The position numbers and the translations under genes are program-made. The notes under the pieces were generated by a model, which was not told the DNA's origin, did not search any database, and worked only from the letters and a program-made list of their open reading frames with translations. From contig JACOXT010000003.1 of NCBI GenBank assembly GCA_016182235.1, positions 194,209 to 258,208 on the forward strand: a stretch of DNA of 64,000 bases, given 5' to 3'. Numbering within the stretch: position 1 is the first letter of the stretch; each line of letters begins with the position of its first letter. Shown here piece after piece: positions 25,958 through 34,602 of the stretch. The stretch is from Candidatus Levyibacteriota bacterium (GTDB lineage Bacteria > Patescibacteriota > Microgenomatia > Levybacterales > UBA12049).

Positions 25958-27409
25958 ATGAAGGATGCGGATTTTAGGAAGGTTCGTTTGGAGAAACTTG
26001 AAAAAATAAAAGCATCGGGTTGGAATCCATATGCCTCCTCTTTTGATAAAAAGCGAACAATTGATGATTGTTTAAAAAGCGAGGGAAAAATCGTTAAAAC
26101 AGCCGGGAGAGTTTTTTCGTATAGGGAGCATGGAAATATTGCCTTTGCGGATCTTAAAGATGAGACAGGAAAAATACAACTATTCTTCCAGAAAAAACTT
26201 TTAGGAGAAAATCAATATAAAAATCTTAAACTTTTGGATATAGGAGATTTTGTTGGAGTTGAGGGAGAAGTTGTCAAAACAACTGCCGGTGAAATTTCTA
26301 TTGCGCCAACTTCTTATACGCTTCTTAGTAAATCATTATTACCACTCCCAAGTGAATGGTTTGGTCTAAAAGATGTAGAAACACGTTTTAGGCAAAGATA
26401 TCTTGATCTTCTTCTTAATCCAGAAATCCGTCAGAGATTTAATATTAGAACTAAAATGGTAAGCGGAGTTAGAGAGTATTTGGATAATTTGGGATTTTGG
26501 GAAGTTGAGACCCCAACATTACAACCTTTGTATGGAGGAGCAAATGCCAAGCCTTTTAAAACTCATGTAAATGCACTAGATCGGGATTTTTATTTGAGAA
26601 TAGCAGATGAACTTTATCTTAAGCGGCTTATTGTTGGTGGGTATGAAAGAGTATATGAAATTTGCAAAGATTTTAGAAATGAAGGAATAGATAATTCTCA
26701 CTTCCCTGAATTTACAATGATCGAATGGTATGAAGCATATGCTGATTATCAAAAGGTAATGGATGTTGCTGAAGGAATGCTTAAGCATTTAGCAAAAAAA
26801 CTTTTCGGACATACAACTCTTCAGATTGATAACAAGAAAATAGATATTGGAAAAAAATGGCCAAGAATAGAAATGTCCGTGATTCTAAAAGAAAAATTGG
26901 GTTTGGATATAGATAAAGAAACTGGGGAGAGTTTAACTGTCTATGCTAGAAAACATTGCAAGGAAATGCAATTAGTTGGGGGAGAAACAAAAGGACAGCT
27001 TATCTTTGCGATTTTTGAACATTTGATTCCCAAGAAAATACAGGAACCAACATGGATTATAGATTATCCGCAAGATGTAAGTCCACTGTCGAAAGCGCAT
27101 AGAGACAAAATTGGATGGGTAGAGAGGTTTGAGGGGTATATTGGCGGTAAGGAAATTTGTGATGGATGGTCAGAGCTCACCGATCCAATGGAGCAAAGAG
27201 CAAGATTTACAAAAGATACTGAAATCGCAAGAAAAGATAAAGAAGAGGGTCAGCATGTGGATGAGGATTTTTTGACTGCCATGGAATATGGAATGCCGCC
27301 TCTTGGAGGAATAGGAATAGGAATAGATAGGCTAGCTATGTTTTTCACAAACACATGGGTGATAAAAGAAGTAATGCTTTTTCCAGCTCTTCGTCCAGAG
27401 GGAAAATAA
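25958..27409 (+). CDS. lysS: lysine--tRNA ligase (class II)
   Basis: OB-fold 'GRVFSYREHGNIAFADLKD', motif 2 'FRNEGIDNSHFPEFTMIEWY' and motif 3 'GGIGIGIDRLAMF'. Confidence 0.95.
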   Translation: MKDADFRKVRLEKLEKIKASGWNPYASSFDKKRTIDDCLKSEGKIVKTAGRVFSYREHGNIAFADLKDETGKIQLFFQKKLLGENQYKNLKLLDIGDFVGVEGEVVKTTAGEISIAPTSYTLLSKSLLPLPSEWFGLKDVETRFRQRYLDLLLNPEIRQRFNIRTKMVSGVREYLDNLGFWEVETPTLQPLYGGANAKPFKTHVNALDRDFYLRIADELYLKRLIVGGYERVYEICKDFRNEGIDNSHFPEFTMIEWYEAYADYQKVMDVAEGMLKHLAKKLFGHTTLQIDNKKIDIGKKWPRIEMSVILKEKLGLDIDKETGESLTVYARKHCKEMQLVGGETKGQLIFAIFEHLIPKKIQEPTWIIDYPQDVSPLSKAHRDKIGWVERFEGYIGGKEICDGWSELTDPMEQRARFTKDTEIARKDKEEGQHVDEDFLTAMEYGMPPLGGIGIGIDRLAMFFTNTWVIKEVMLFPALRPEGK

Positions 27410-28020
27410 TGAAAAGGCTTCTTATTGCTACTACTAACCCTGGGAAACTGAGGGAGTATAGAGAATTTTTGTCTGATTTAAACTTAAAATTACTATCGCT
27501 TAGTGATGTAGGCATTACCGATGATATAGAGGAAACTGGAAAAACATATAAAGAAAATTCTCAAAAGAAGGCGTTGTTTTATGCGAAAAGAAGTGGATCA
27601 CCAGCGATATCCGACGATGGGGGAATAGAAATATCAGCCTTGAACAATGAGCCAGGGATTAAAAGCCGAAGATGGCTTGGGTATAACTCAACAGACGAAG
27701 GTTTGATTAAGCACATGATGAAGGTTTCAAAACAACTTCCAGAGAATAATAGGAATGCTGTTTTTAAATTGGTTGTTTCTTTAGCATTGCCAAATGGTAA
27801 AGTATATGCTAGCGAAGGAAGAGTTGAAGGAATAATTGCAAAAGACCCACACATGAAGCTTCTGCATGGCTATCCATACCGATCGTTTTTTTATCTTCCA
27901 GATATTCAAAAATATTATCACGAAAGCGAGTTGACCAGAGATGAAATGAGGAAGTATAATCATAGATATAAAGCAATTCAGAAATTAAAACCAATTATTA
28001 TAAAAGAATTAATTGACTAA
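27409..28020 (+). CDS. rdgB: non-canonical purine NTP pyrophosphatase (RdgB/HAM1)
   Basis: The ATG at 27409 overlaps the lysS stop (TAATG). 'LLIATTNPGKLREY' and 'ISDDGGIEI' are present. The upstream extension in the track lies inside lysS. Confidence 0.85.
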   Translation: MKRLLIATTNPGKLREYREFLSDLNLKLLSLSDVGITDDIEETGKTYKENSQKKALFYAKRSGSPAISDDGGIEISALNNEPGIKSRRWLGYNSTDEGLIKHMMKVSKQLPENNRNAVFKLVVSLALPNGKVYASEGRVEGIIAKDPHMKLLHGYPYRSFFYLPDIQKYYHESELTRDEMRKYNHRYKAIQKLKPIIIKELID

Positions 28021-28088
28021 CGAATTAGCGGGTTAACGTAAGAAAATTCGTTAATTCTTTAACTCGTTAATTAAATAATTGAAGCAGT

Positions 28089-29354
28089 ATGTTAGATATA
28101 AAATTTATTAGGGAAAATCCACAAGTTGTTCAAAATGCTGCAAAAAATAAAGGGGTAGATGTTGATATTAATTACCTTCTTGAAATAGATTCCAAATACA
28201 GAGAACTTTCTTTGGCTGTTCAAAAACTTAGAGAAGAAAGGAATGCATTAACATCTGGAATAAAGGGTAAGCCAGCTAGTGAACAAATCGAAAAAGGCAA
28301 AGTCTTAAAAGAAAGACTTGAGAAAGAAGAACACGCATTAAATTCAGTTCAGGAAGAGCTTAACGAATGGTTATTAAAAATTCCAAATATTCCGGCAGAT
28401 GATGTTCCAATCGGGAAAGATGAGACGGGGAATAAAGAGATAAGGAAAATAGGCGGTATCCCCAGGTTTTCATTTAAAGCCAAATCCCATGATGAGCTGG
28501 CTCTGTCTTTGGATTTATACGATACAAAACATGCAACAAAGATTGCCGGCACACGCGGGTATTTTCTTAAGAACGAATTGGTTCTTCTTGAGCAGGGAGT
28601 ACTGCAGCTCGCATTAGAGTTTATGATTAAGCAAGGTTTTACTCCCATGACTGTTCCTTGGATTGTTAATAAAGATGCATTGTGGGGAACAGGATATTTC
28701 CCATGGGGGATTGAAGATCATTATACGACTCAAGATGGACAGGGTTTGATCGGCACGTCAGAAGTTTCACTAACCGCATATCATCAAGGCGAAGTTCTGA
28801 ATGAGAAAGACCTGCCGATAAAACTTGTTGGTATATCGCCATGTTTTAGACGAGAGGTAGGAAGTTATGGTAAGGATACAAAAGGATTTATTAGGGTTCA
28901 TCAATTTAACAAAGTTGAACAAGTAGTTTTATCTGTGGCAGATGAACAAAACTCGCGAGAATGGCATGAAAAAATGTTGGAGTATTCAGAGAAAATTCTT
29001 CAGGACTTAAAACTTCCTTATAGAGTAATGTTAATGTGCACTGGAGATATGGGAGCAGGGCAACGAAAAAAATATGATATTGAAACATGGTTTCCGTCAC
29101 AAAATAAATATCGGGAAACACATTCTGCGAGTTATTTCAACGACTTTCAGGCCCGGCGTTTAAATATAAGATATAGAACTAAAAACGGCAACACAAAGTA
29201 TGTATATACTCTTAATAATACTGTAATTGCAACCCCGAGGATTCTTGCGGCGATACTCGAAAACTATCAGGAAATCGATGGATCTGTAATAATCCCAAAA
29301 GTTCTACGAAAATATTTTAATAATTTTGATAAAATTTCTCCAAAAAAACAATAG
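28089..29354 (+). CDS. serS: serine--tRNA ligase
   Basis: 'MLDIKFIRENP', 'GTRGYFLKNE', 'CFRREVGSYGKDTKGFIRVHQFNKVE' and 'LNNTVIATPR' are present. Confidence 0.95.
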   Translation: MLDIKFIRENPQVVQNAAKNKGVDVDINYLLEIDSKYRELSLAVQKLREERNALTSGIKGKPASEQIEKGKVLKERLEKEEHALNSVQEELNEWLLKIPNIPADDVPIGKDETGNKEIRKIGGIPRFSFKAKSHDELALSLDLYDTKHATKIAGTRGYFLKNELVLLEQGVLQLALEFMIKQGFTPMTVPWIVNKDALWGTGYFPWGIEDHYTTQDGQGLIGTSEVSLTAYHQGEVLNEKDLPIKLVGISPCFRREVGSYGKDTKGFIRVHQFNKVEQVVLSVADEQNSREWHEKMLEYSEKILQDLKLPYRVMLMCTGDMGAGQRKKYDIETWFPSQNKYRETHSASYFNDFQARRLNIRYRTKNGNTKYVYTLNNTVIATPRILAAILENYQEIDGSVIIPKVLRKYFNNFDKISPKKQ

Positions 29355-29420
29355 TTTGGCTTCCATTTTTCTTCCTTATTTAAAGACCTAAACTGTCATT
29401 TTTGAAGCAGAGTATTTTAC

Positions 29421-29463
29421 TTGACAAATATTGCAAAATCATCAACTATTTAAATGGTATTAT
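29421..29463 (+). promoter_or_regulatory. candidate promoter of the secA leader
   Basis: TTGACA at 29421-29426 with a weak AACTAT 17 nt downstream. Alternatively there is an extended -10, TGgTATTAT, at 29455-29463. Confidence 0.4.
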
Positions 29464-29493
29464 TTTTTTTGGCGAAAGGGGGTGAAAAATAAA

Positions 29494-29526
29494 ATGGCGA
29501 AGAAAAAAAAGAGAAAGAAGAGATAA
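29494..29526 (+). CDS. candidate 10-codon leader ORF (MAKKKKRKKR)
   Basis: ATG GCG AAG AAA AAA AAG AGA AAG AAG AGA TAA, preceded by the near-consensus SD AAGGGGGTGA (29476-29485) with an 8-nt spacer. Confidence 0.35.
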   Translation: MAKKKKRKKR

Positions 29527-29568
29527 TTGGTAAGCTATTTGGAGCGTTACCAATTGATCAGTTGGTAA

Positions 29569-29596
29569 TCCCCCACCGTACGGTGGGGGATTTTTT
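29569..29596 (+). terminator. strong intrinsic terminator 19 nt upstream of the secA ATG
   Basis: TCCCCCACCG-TA-CGGTGGGGGA perfect 10-bp stem (29569-29590), then T6 (29591-29596). Confidence 0.8.
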
Positions 29597-29615
29597 ATGG
29601 TAAAATTACAGTAAC

Positions 29616-32324
29616 ATGTTTAATTTAATTACCAAATTTTTTGATTCAAACGAAAAAGAGATAAACAAACTTAGACCAAAAGTTGAGGAAATTAATTCTC
29701 TTGAAGAAAAAACAAAAAAACTAAAAGACAAAGATTTTCCTAAAAAGACAAAATTCTTCAAAGAAGAATTATCGAACGGAACACCATTGGATGCTATATT
29801 GCCAGAGGCTTTTGCTCTTGTTCGAGAAGCCGCAAGAAGAACAATTGGGCAGCGTCACTTCGATGTCCAGCTTATGGCGGGGATAACTCTTGCAAATGGA
29901 AAAATTGCGGAGCAAAAAACAGGAGAAGGAAAAACACTTTCTGCTATTCCCGCATTATATCTTCACAGTCTGACAGGTAAAAGTGTGCATTTGGTAACAG
30001 TGAATGACTATCTTGCAAGACGCGACGCGGGATGGATGGGACCAGTATTTAATTTTCTAGGAGTTACAGTTTCATCAATCATTAATGAGCAGTCTTTCAT
30101 TTTTGATCCCCAATTTGCAAATAAAGACTCTATGGATTTTAGACTTTCTCATTTAAGGCAGGTGACAAGACGTGAAGCATACAGGGCAGATGTTGTATAT
30201 GGGATAAATTCGGAGTTTGGTTTTGATTATTTAAGGGATAATATGGCTCAGGACATAGAAGAAACGGTTCAGCGCGGCTATTATTATGCGGTGGTAGATG
30301 AGGTGGACTCGGTTCTAATTGATGAAGCACGAACTCCACACATAATTTCGGCTCCAGACGAATCCCCGGCTCAGAAATATTATGAATATGCAGCACTCAT
30401 TGACAAATTAAATCCAGATATAGATTACAAAGTTGATGAGAAACTAAGGACTGCACATCTGACAGATCATGGAATTGGTAAGATCGAGAGACTATACGGA
30501 ATTAGCAATATTTACGAGAAAGATTTCAATACGGTTTATCATTTGGAAGCAGCCCTAAAAGCACGAACGTTATTCAAAAAGGAAAAAGATTATATTGTCA
30601 AAGATAATCAGGTTATTTTAGTTGATGAGTTTACCGGTAGGTTAATGATGGGAAGAAGATTGTCAGAAGGTTTACATCAGGCAATTGAAGCAAAGGAGCA
30701 AGTGCCAATCCAAAGAGAATCAAAGACTTTGGCAACTGTATCGCTTCAGAATTATTTCAGGATGTACGAGCGTTTGTCAGGAATGACTGGTACTGCGGTG
30801 ACAGAAGCGCAAGAATTCCATAAGATTTATAACTTAAGTGTAGTTGTCATTCCAACAAATAAAGATATGATTCGGGAAGACAACCAGGACTTGGTTTATA
30901 AAACAGGTCGGGCGAAGTTGTCCGCGGTCGCAAATGAAATAGAAAAAGCATATAAGAAAGGACAACCTGTTTTGGTCGGAACAACCTCAATTGAGAAAAA
31001 TGAACTTATTTCGGAGCTTCTAAGACGAAGAGGAATAAAACATGAAGTTTTAAATGCTAAAAATCATGAGCAAGAAGCAAGGATAATCTCGATGGCTGGA
31101 GAGGAAAAAGCAGTCACAGTTGCGACAAATATGGCTGGCCGGGGAGTAGACATTATTTTAGGAGGAGACACCCCAAAATCTAAAGATGGTTCTGCAAAGC
31201 AGAATTCTCCTGAATGGAGAGCATGGGAGAAAGAGCATGATAAAGTTGTGAAGTTAGGAGGATTATATGTTATAGGTACGGAGAGACATGAATCTCGAAG
31301 AATAGATAACCAGCTTCGAGGACGAAGCGGTCGCCAAGGAGATCCGGGGGCTTCCCGTTTTTTTGTATCTTTAGATGATGAGATAATGCGTCTTTTTGGA
31401 GGAGATAAAATATCTGGTGTCATGACAAGATTTAATATGCCTGAAGATGTGCCCCTGCAGCACATGATCGTCTCCAAAGCCATAGAGCAGGCTCAAACTA
31501 AAGTTGAAGGATTTAATTTTGATATCAGGAAACATCTCGTTGACTATGATGATGTACTGAATAAGCAAAGGGAAATAATATACAAAAGAAGAAGAAGGAT
31601 TTTGGAAGTAAGTACGGATGGGTCTTTGGAAAGCGAAGTGATTGAAAAAATTGACGCGAGCATTGCAAATATAGTCAATATTCGTTTGAATGAAATTTAT
31701 GACGATAAAACGTCAAGTACTAAAAAAATAATTGATGATTTTACAACCATTGTCCCTTTTGATGAGGCCTCGAAAGAGCAATTGATTAAGCAAGTTGAAA
31801 TCTCAAATTTAACCCAGGAAAAGATAGATTTTCTAACGAAAATTTCTCACGATATTTATGATGGGCGGAAAAAACAAATTGGAAAAGAACTCATGAGTAG
31901 AATTGAGAGGTTTGTTATGCTGTCAGTTATCGATAGTCTGTGGACTGATCATTTGGATGCAGTCGAAAACCTGCGAGGCGGGATTGGACTTCGGGGCTAT
32001 GGACAAAGAGATCCGTTGGTTGAATATAAAAATGAAGCATACAAAATGTTCGAACAACTAATTAGCGGGATCGATGATGCTATAGTACATAGAATTTACA
32101 AGATTCAAGTACAAGAAACACCAGCGATGCCAACGCACCGGCATCTTACAGCCAGACCCGCAGGAGCAGATGTTGGAATATCAGAAACTTCAAACAATCA
32201 AAAAACAAATAGCGCAAAACATGCGACAGGCGACATGAATATTACAAGAAAAAAATTGGGAAGAAATGATCCTTGCTGGTGCGGAAGCGGAAAAAAATAC
32301 AAGCGATGCCACTATCCGAATTGA
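29616..32324 (+). CDS. secA: preprotein translocase ATPase SecA
   Basis: 902 aa. 'MAGITLANGKIAEQKTGEGKT', 'VDEVDSVLIDEARTP', 'TNMAGRGVDI', 'RIDNQLRGRSGRQGDPG' and the C-terminal zinc motif 'CWCGSGKKYKRCH'. Confidence 0.97.
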   Translation: MFNLITKFFDSNEKEINKLRPKVEEINSLEEKTKKLKDKDFPKKTKFFKEELSNGTPLDAILPEAFALVREAARRTIGQRHFDVQLMAGITLANGKIAEQKTGEGKTLSAIPALYLHSLTGKSVHLVTVNDYLARRDAGWMGPVFNFLGVTVSSIINEQSFIFDPQFANKDSMDFRLSHLRQVTRREAYRADVVYGINSEFGFDYLRDNMAQDIEETVQRGYYYAVVDEVDSVLIDEARTPHIISAPDESPAQKYYEYAALIDKLNPDIDYKVDEKLRTAHLTDHGIGKIERLYGISNIYEKDFNTVYHLEAALKARTLFKKEKDYIVKDNQVILVDEFTGRLMMGRRLSEGLHQAIEAKEQVPIQRESKTLATVSLQNYFRMYERLSGMTGTAVTEAQEFHKIYNLSVVVIPTNKDMIREDNQDLVYKTGRAKLSAVANEIEKAYKKGQPVLVGTTSIEKNELISELLRRRGIKHEVLNAKNHEQEARIISMAGEEKAVTVATNMAGRGVDIILGGDTPKSKDGSAKQNSPEWRAWEKEHDKVVKLGGLYVIGTERHESRRIDNQLRGRSGRQGDPGASRFFVSLDDEIMRLFGGDKISGVMTRFNMPEDVPLQHMIVSKAIEQAQTKVEGFNFDIRKHLVDYDDVLNKQREIIYKRRRRILEVSTDGSLESEVIEKIDASIANIVNIRLNEIYDDKTSSTKKIIDDFTTIVPFDEASKEQLIKQVEISNLTQEKIDFLTKISHDIYDGRKKQIGKELMSRIERFVMLSVIDSLWTDHLDAVENLRGGIGLRGYGQRDPLVEYKNEAYKMFEQLISGIDDAIVHRIYKIQVQETPAMPTHRHLTARPAGADVGISETSNNQKTNSAKHATGDMNITRKKLGRNDPCWCGSGKKYKRCHYPN

Positions 32325-32368
32325 AATCATAAATTGACAACTTTTTAGCATAGTATTAGTATGTTTTC

Positions 32369-33166
32369 ATGAAAGAGATAAGAGGAGGTGAATTTAATCC
32401 CAATGAACAATCATTTAATGGAAGCCTAGAAAATCTAAAAGGAGCGCTAGCGAAACCTATTCATGAATTCCGCACTTCGCTTCAGGAACAAGCTCGTAAT
32501 TTGCATGAGGAAGCAGAGATAAAAACAACAGGTTTTTTTAGGAGAAAAAAATCCTTATTGGTAAAATGGTCTTCACGTGACTATGAATTAGGTTTGAGTT
32601 ATAGCTCAATTTTAAAAATGCCATATCCCCAACCCATCGATGAGAGTACGCCCTTAGAATCTATTCGGATAAGTTCTTATGAATCAAATGTTAAGTCATC
32701 TGGAGATTCTGATGCCAAACCAGTTGGAATTCTTTCCAAATTTAATAATGATGGAATACGTTTACAAATAATGTGGAGAGAAGACATGCCTTCAATTCTA
32801 GAAAAAATATTGAGTAGAAATAATGCCCTTTTAGGTCTTATTGAAAAATTAAATAATAACGGAATCTATAGTAGATCTGCCTCTCGAGAATCTAATTTTT
32901 GGGGCGGAGGGAACAAAAGGACAATGGGGGTTTTTATTTCGGAAAAATCAGCAGGAATATATTTTATATCCAACGCTAAAACTCATTCTTATGATCATAC
33001 CCCAATATATTTTTTAGATGAGGAAGTTGAAGAATTTATATATGATTATAGTGATTTTGATAAATCTCCAGGTACTCCCGATAAATTTTCTATGGCGGAA
33101 TTTGAGCAAGTTACTCGGGATTTGCTCGGAGTGGCTACTTATGCAACCAAGCCTACTTCGGCTTAA
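32369..33166 (+). CDS. hypothetical protein (265 aa)
   Basis: Long ORF with coding-like composition. No motif recognised. Confidence 0.5.
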   Translation: MKEIRGGEFNPNEQSFNGSLENLKGALAKPIHEFRTSLQEQARNLHEEAEIKTTGFFRRKKSLLVKWSSRDYELGLSYSSILKMPYPQPIDESTPLESIRISSYESNVKSSGDSDAKPVGILSKFNNDGIRLQIMWREDMPSILEKILSRNNALLGLIEKLNNNGIYSRSASRESNFWGGGNKRTMGVFISEKSAGIYFISNAKTHSYDHTPIYFLDEEVEEFIYDYSDFDKSPGTPDKFSMAEFEQVTRDLLGVATYATKPTSA

Positions 33167-33213
33167 GCTTCTAAACAATCTCACATTGGCATATCTTCAT
33201 ATAAGATAGGGAT

Positions 33214-33242
33214 TTGACTGTATCAATACTATTGTTTATGAT
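33214..33242 (+). promoter_or_regulatory. sigma70-like promoter (TTGACT-17-TATGAT)
   Basis: TTGACT at 33214-33219 and TATGAT at 33237-33242, just upstream of the GT39-like gene. Confidence 0.45.
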
Positions 33243-33247
33243 CACAA

Positions 33248-34558
33248 TTGGTGAATAGAGTACAAATCTTCATTGTTATTATAATTCTGGTATTAGGTCT
33301 AATCTTGCGGCTACATAACTACGAGAAATATCCACAACGAGGAGCAACGTCAGATGAATATACCTATGCTTTTTTGGGAATAAGTTTGCTAAAAGATCAT
33401 GTTCCAATCTCCTGGTCAGCATTTCCAGCATACAAAAATTTACGTCACCTTACTATTAAAAAATTATATTTTCCCATCGTCTGGCCATATTTTGATCACC
33501 CTCCGCTTAGTGGGTTTCTGACTGGAGGGTTATCGCTTCTAGTAGGTCACGATTCTTTTGAAAAAGTTGACTTAAAAGTAATTCGTCTTATTCCAATTGT
33601 TCTTTCAACATTCTCAAGCGTTTTTCTGTTCTTAATAGCGTTTCGTTTGTACAATTATAAAACTGCAGTATGGGCACTTCTTATCTATTCAACTGTAGCT
33701 ATATTTGTCATTAACGGAAGAGTCGCCTTATCAGAAAACCTGTTAACTCCTCTTTTGTTGTTGTCGCTTTATTTATTTTCTCTTCTCGAGAAAAAAATTT
33801 CTTATATGATGGCAATAATCTTTGGAATATTAAGCGGGTTATCTTTTTGGACTAAAGAAGCGGGCATTGTGGTTTTTTTAACACTTTTTTATTTACTAAA
33901 AAGTGGAGGTTTGAAAATAAAACCTTTTATTGTCTTTGTAGTTATTACTTTTTTGATAGTTGGATCTTATTTTTTATATGGAGCATATTATGATTGGGAT
34001 CTATTTTTAAAAATTTGGTCTGCCCAGTCGGGTCGTGAGATTGGGCCTCAAACTCTTCACATGCTTTTTAGCAATCCAATTATTGTAAACAAACCCTATA
34101 TGGATGGGTGGTATTTTTTTGGATTTTTGTCAATTTTTTATAGTCTAATTGATTTTAAAAAGAATAAACTTATTATTGTCCCCGTTCTGTTATACATACT
34201 TTTACTAATTTTTTCTCTCACCCGACATGGAGAAATGGGTTGGTATGTAATTCCTCTTTTTCCTTTTATGGCAATAGCAAGCGCTAGGATGCTTGTAAAG
34301 AATATTGAAAATAAGTCTTGGTATATTTTCACTTTTCTTCTTTTTGTAGGCTTAGCAGAAACAAAATTTTTGTACGAAGATGTATTTGGATTAACGCCGG
34401 TGCAGTTTAGAATAATCCTTGTTTTATTATTCGGTCCATTGTTTATCTCTTTACTATTCAATAAGCAAAGATTGTTTGGGGCGCTATCTTATTTGTGGTT
34501 CTACATATTTATCCTTGGCAATATTATTTTGACTTATAATTATATCCACCCATCCTAA
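33248..34558 (+). CDS. GT-C fold membrane glycosyltransferase (family 39 / ArnT-PMT-like)
   Basis: 436 aa and polytopic. The first-loop acidic motif 'GATSDEYTYAF' and 'FDHPPLSGF' are typical of GT39-like enzymes. The start is TTG 33248 or GTG 33251. Confidence 0.7.
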   Translation: MVNRVQIFIVIIILVLGLILRLHNYEKYPQRGATSDEYTYAFLGISLLKDHVPISWSAFPAYKNLRHLTIKKLYFPIVWPYFDHPPLSGFLTGGLSLLVGHDSFEKVDLKVIRLIPIVLSTFSSVFLFLIAFRLYNYKTAVWALLIYSTVAIFVINGRVALSENLLTPLLLLSLYLFSLLEKKISYMMAIIFGILSGLSFWTKEAGIVVFLTLFYLLKSGGLKIKPFIVFVVITFLIVGSYFLYGAYYDWDLFLKIWSAQSGREIGPQTLHMLFSNPIIVNKPYMDGWYFFGFLSIFYSLIDFKKNKLIIVPVLLYILLLIFSLTRHGEMGWYVIPLFPFMAIASARMLVKNIENKSWYIFTFLLFVGLAETKFLYEDVFGLTPVQFRIILVLLFGPLFISLLFNKQRLFGALSYLWFYIFILGNIILTYNYIHPS

Positions 34559-34602
34559 AAATTCAAAGATTTGTTCTTTTAATCTTTACTTTTCTTTCTC
34601 AT

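Noticed and set aside
31064-31568. Antisense ORFs inside secA (31064..31483 and 31371..31568, both on the minus strand).
   Set aside because: They are opposite a highly conserved region of secA, with Ser/Pro/Arg-rich translations typical of antisense reading of conserved genes.
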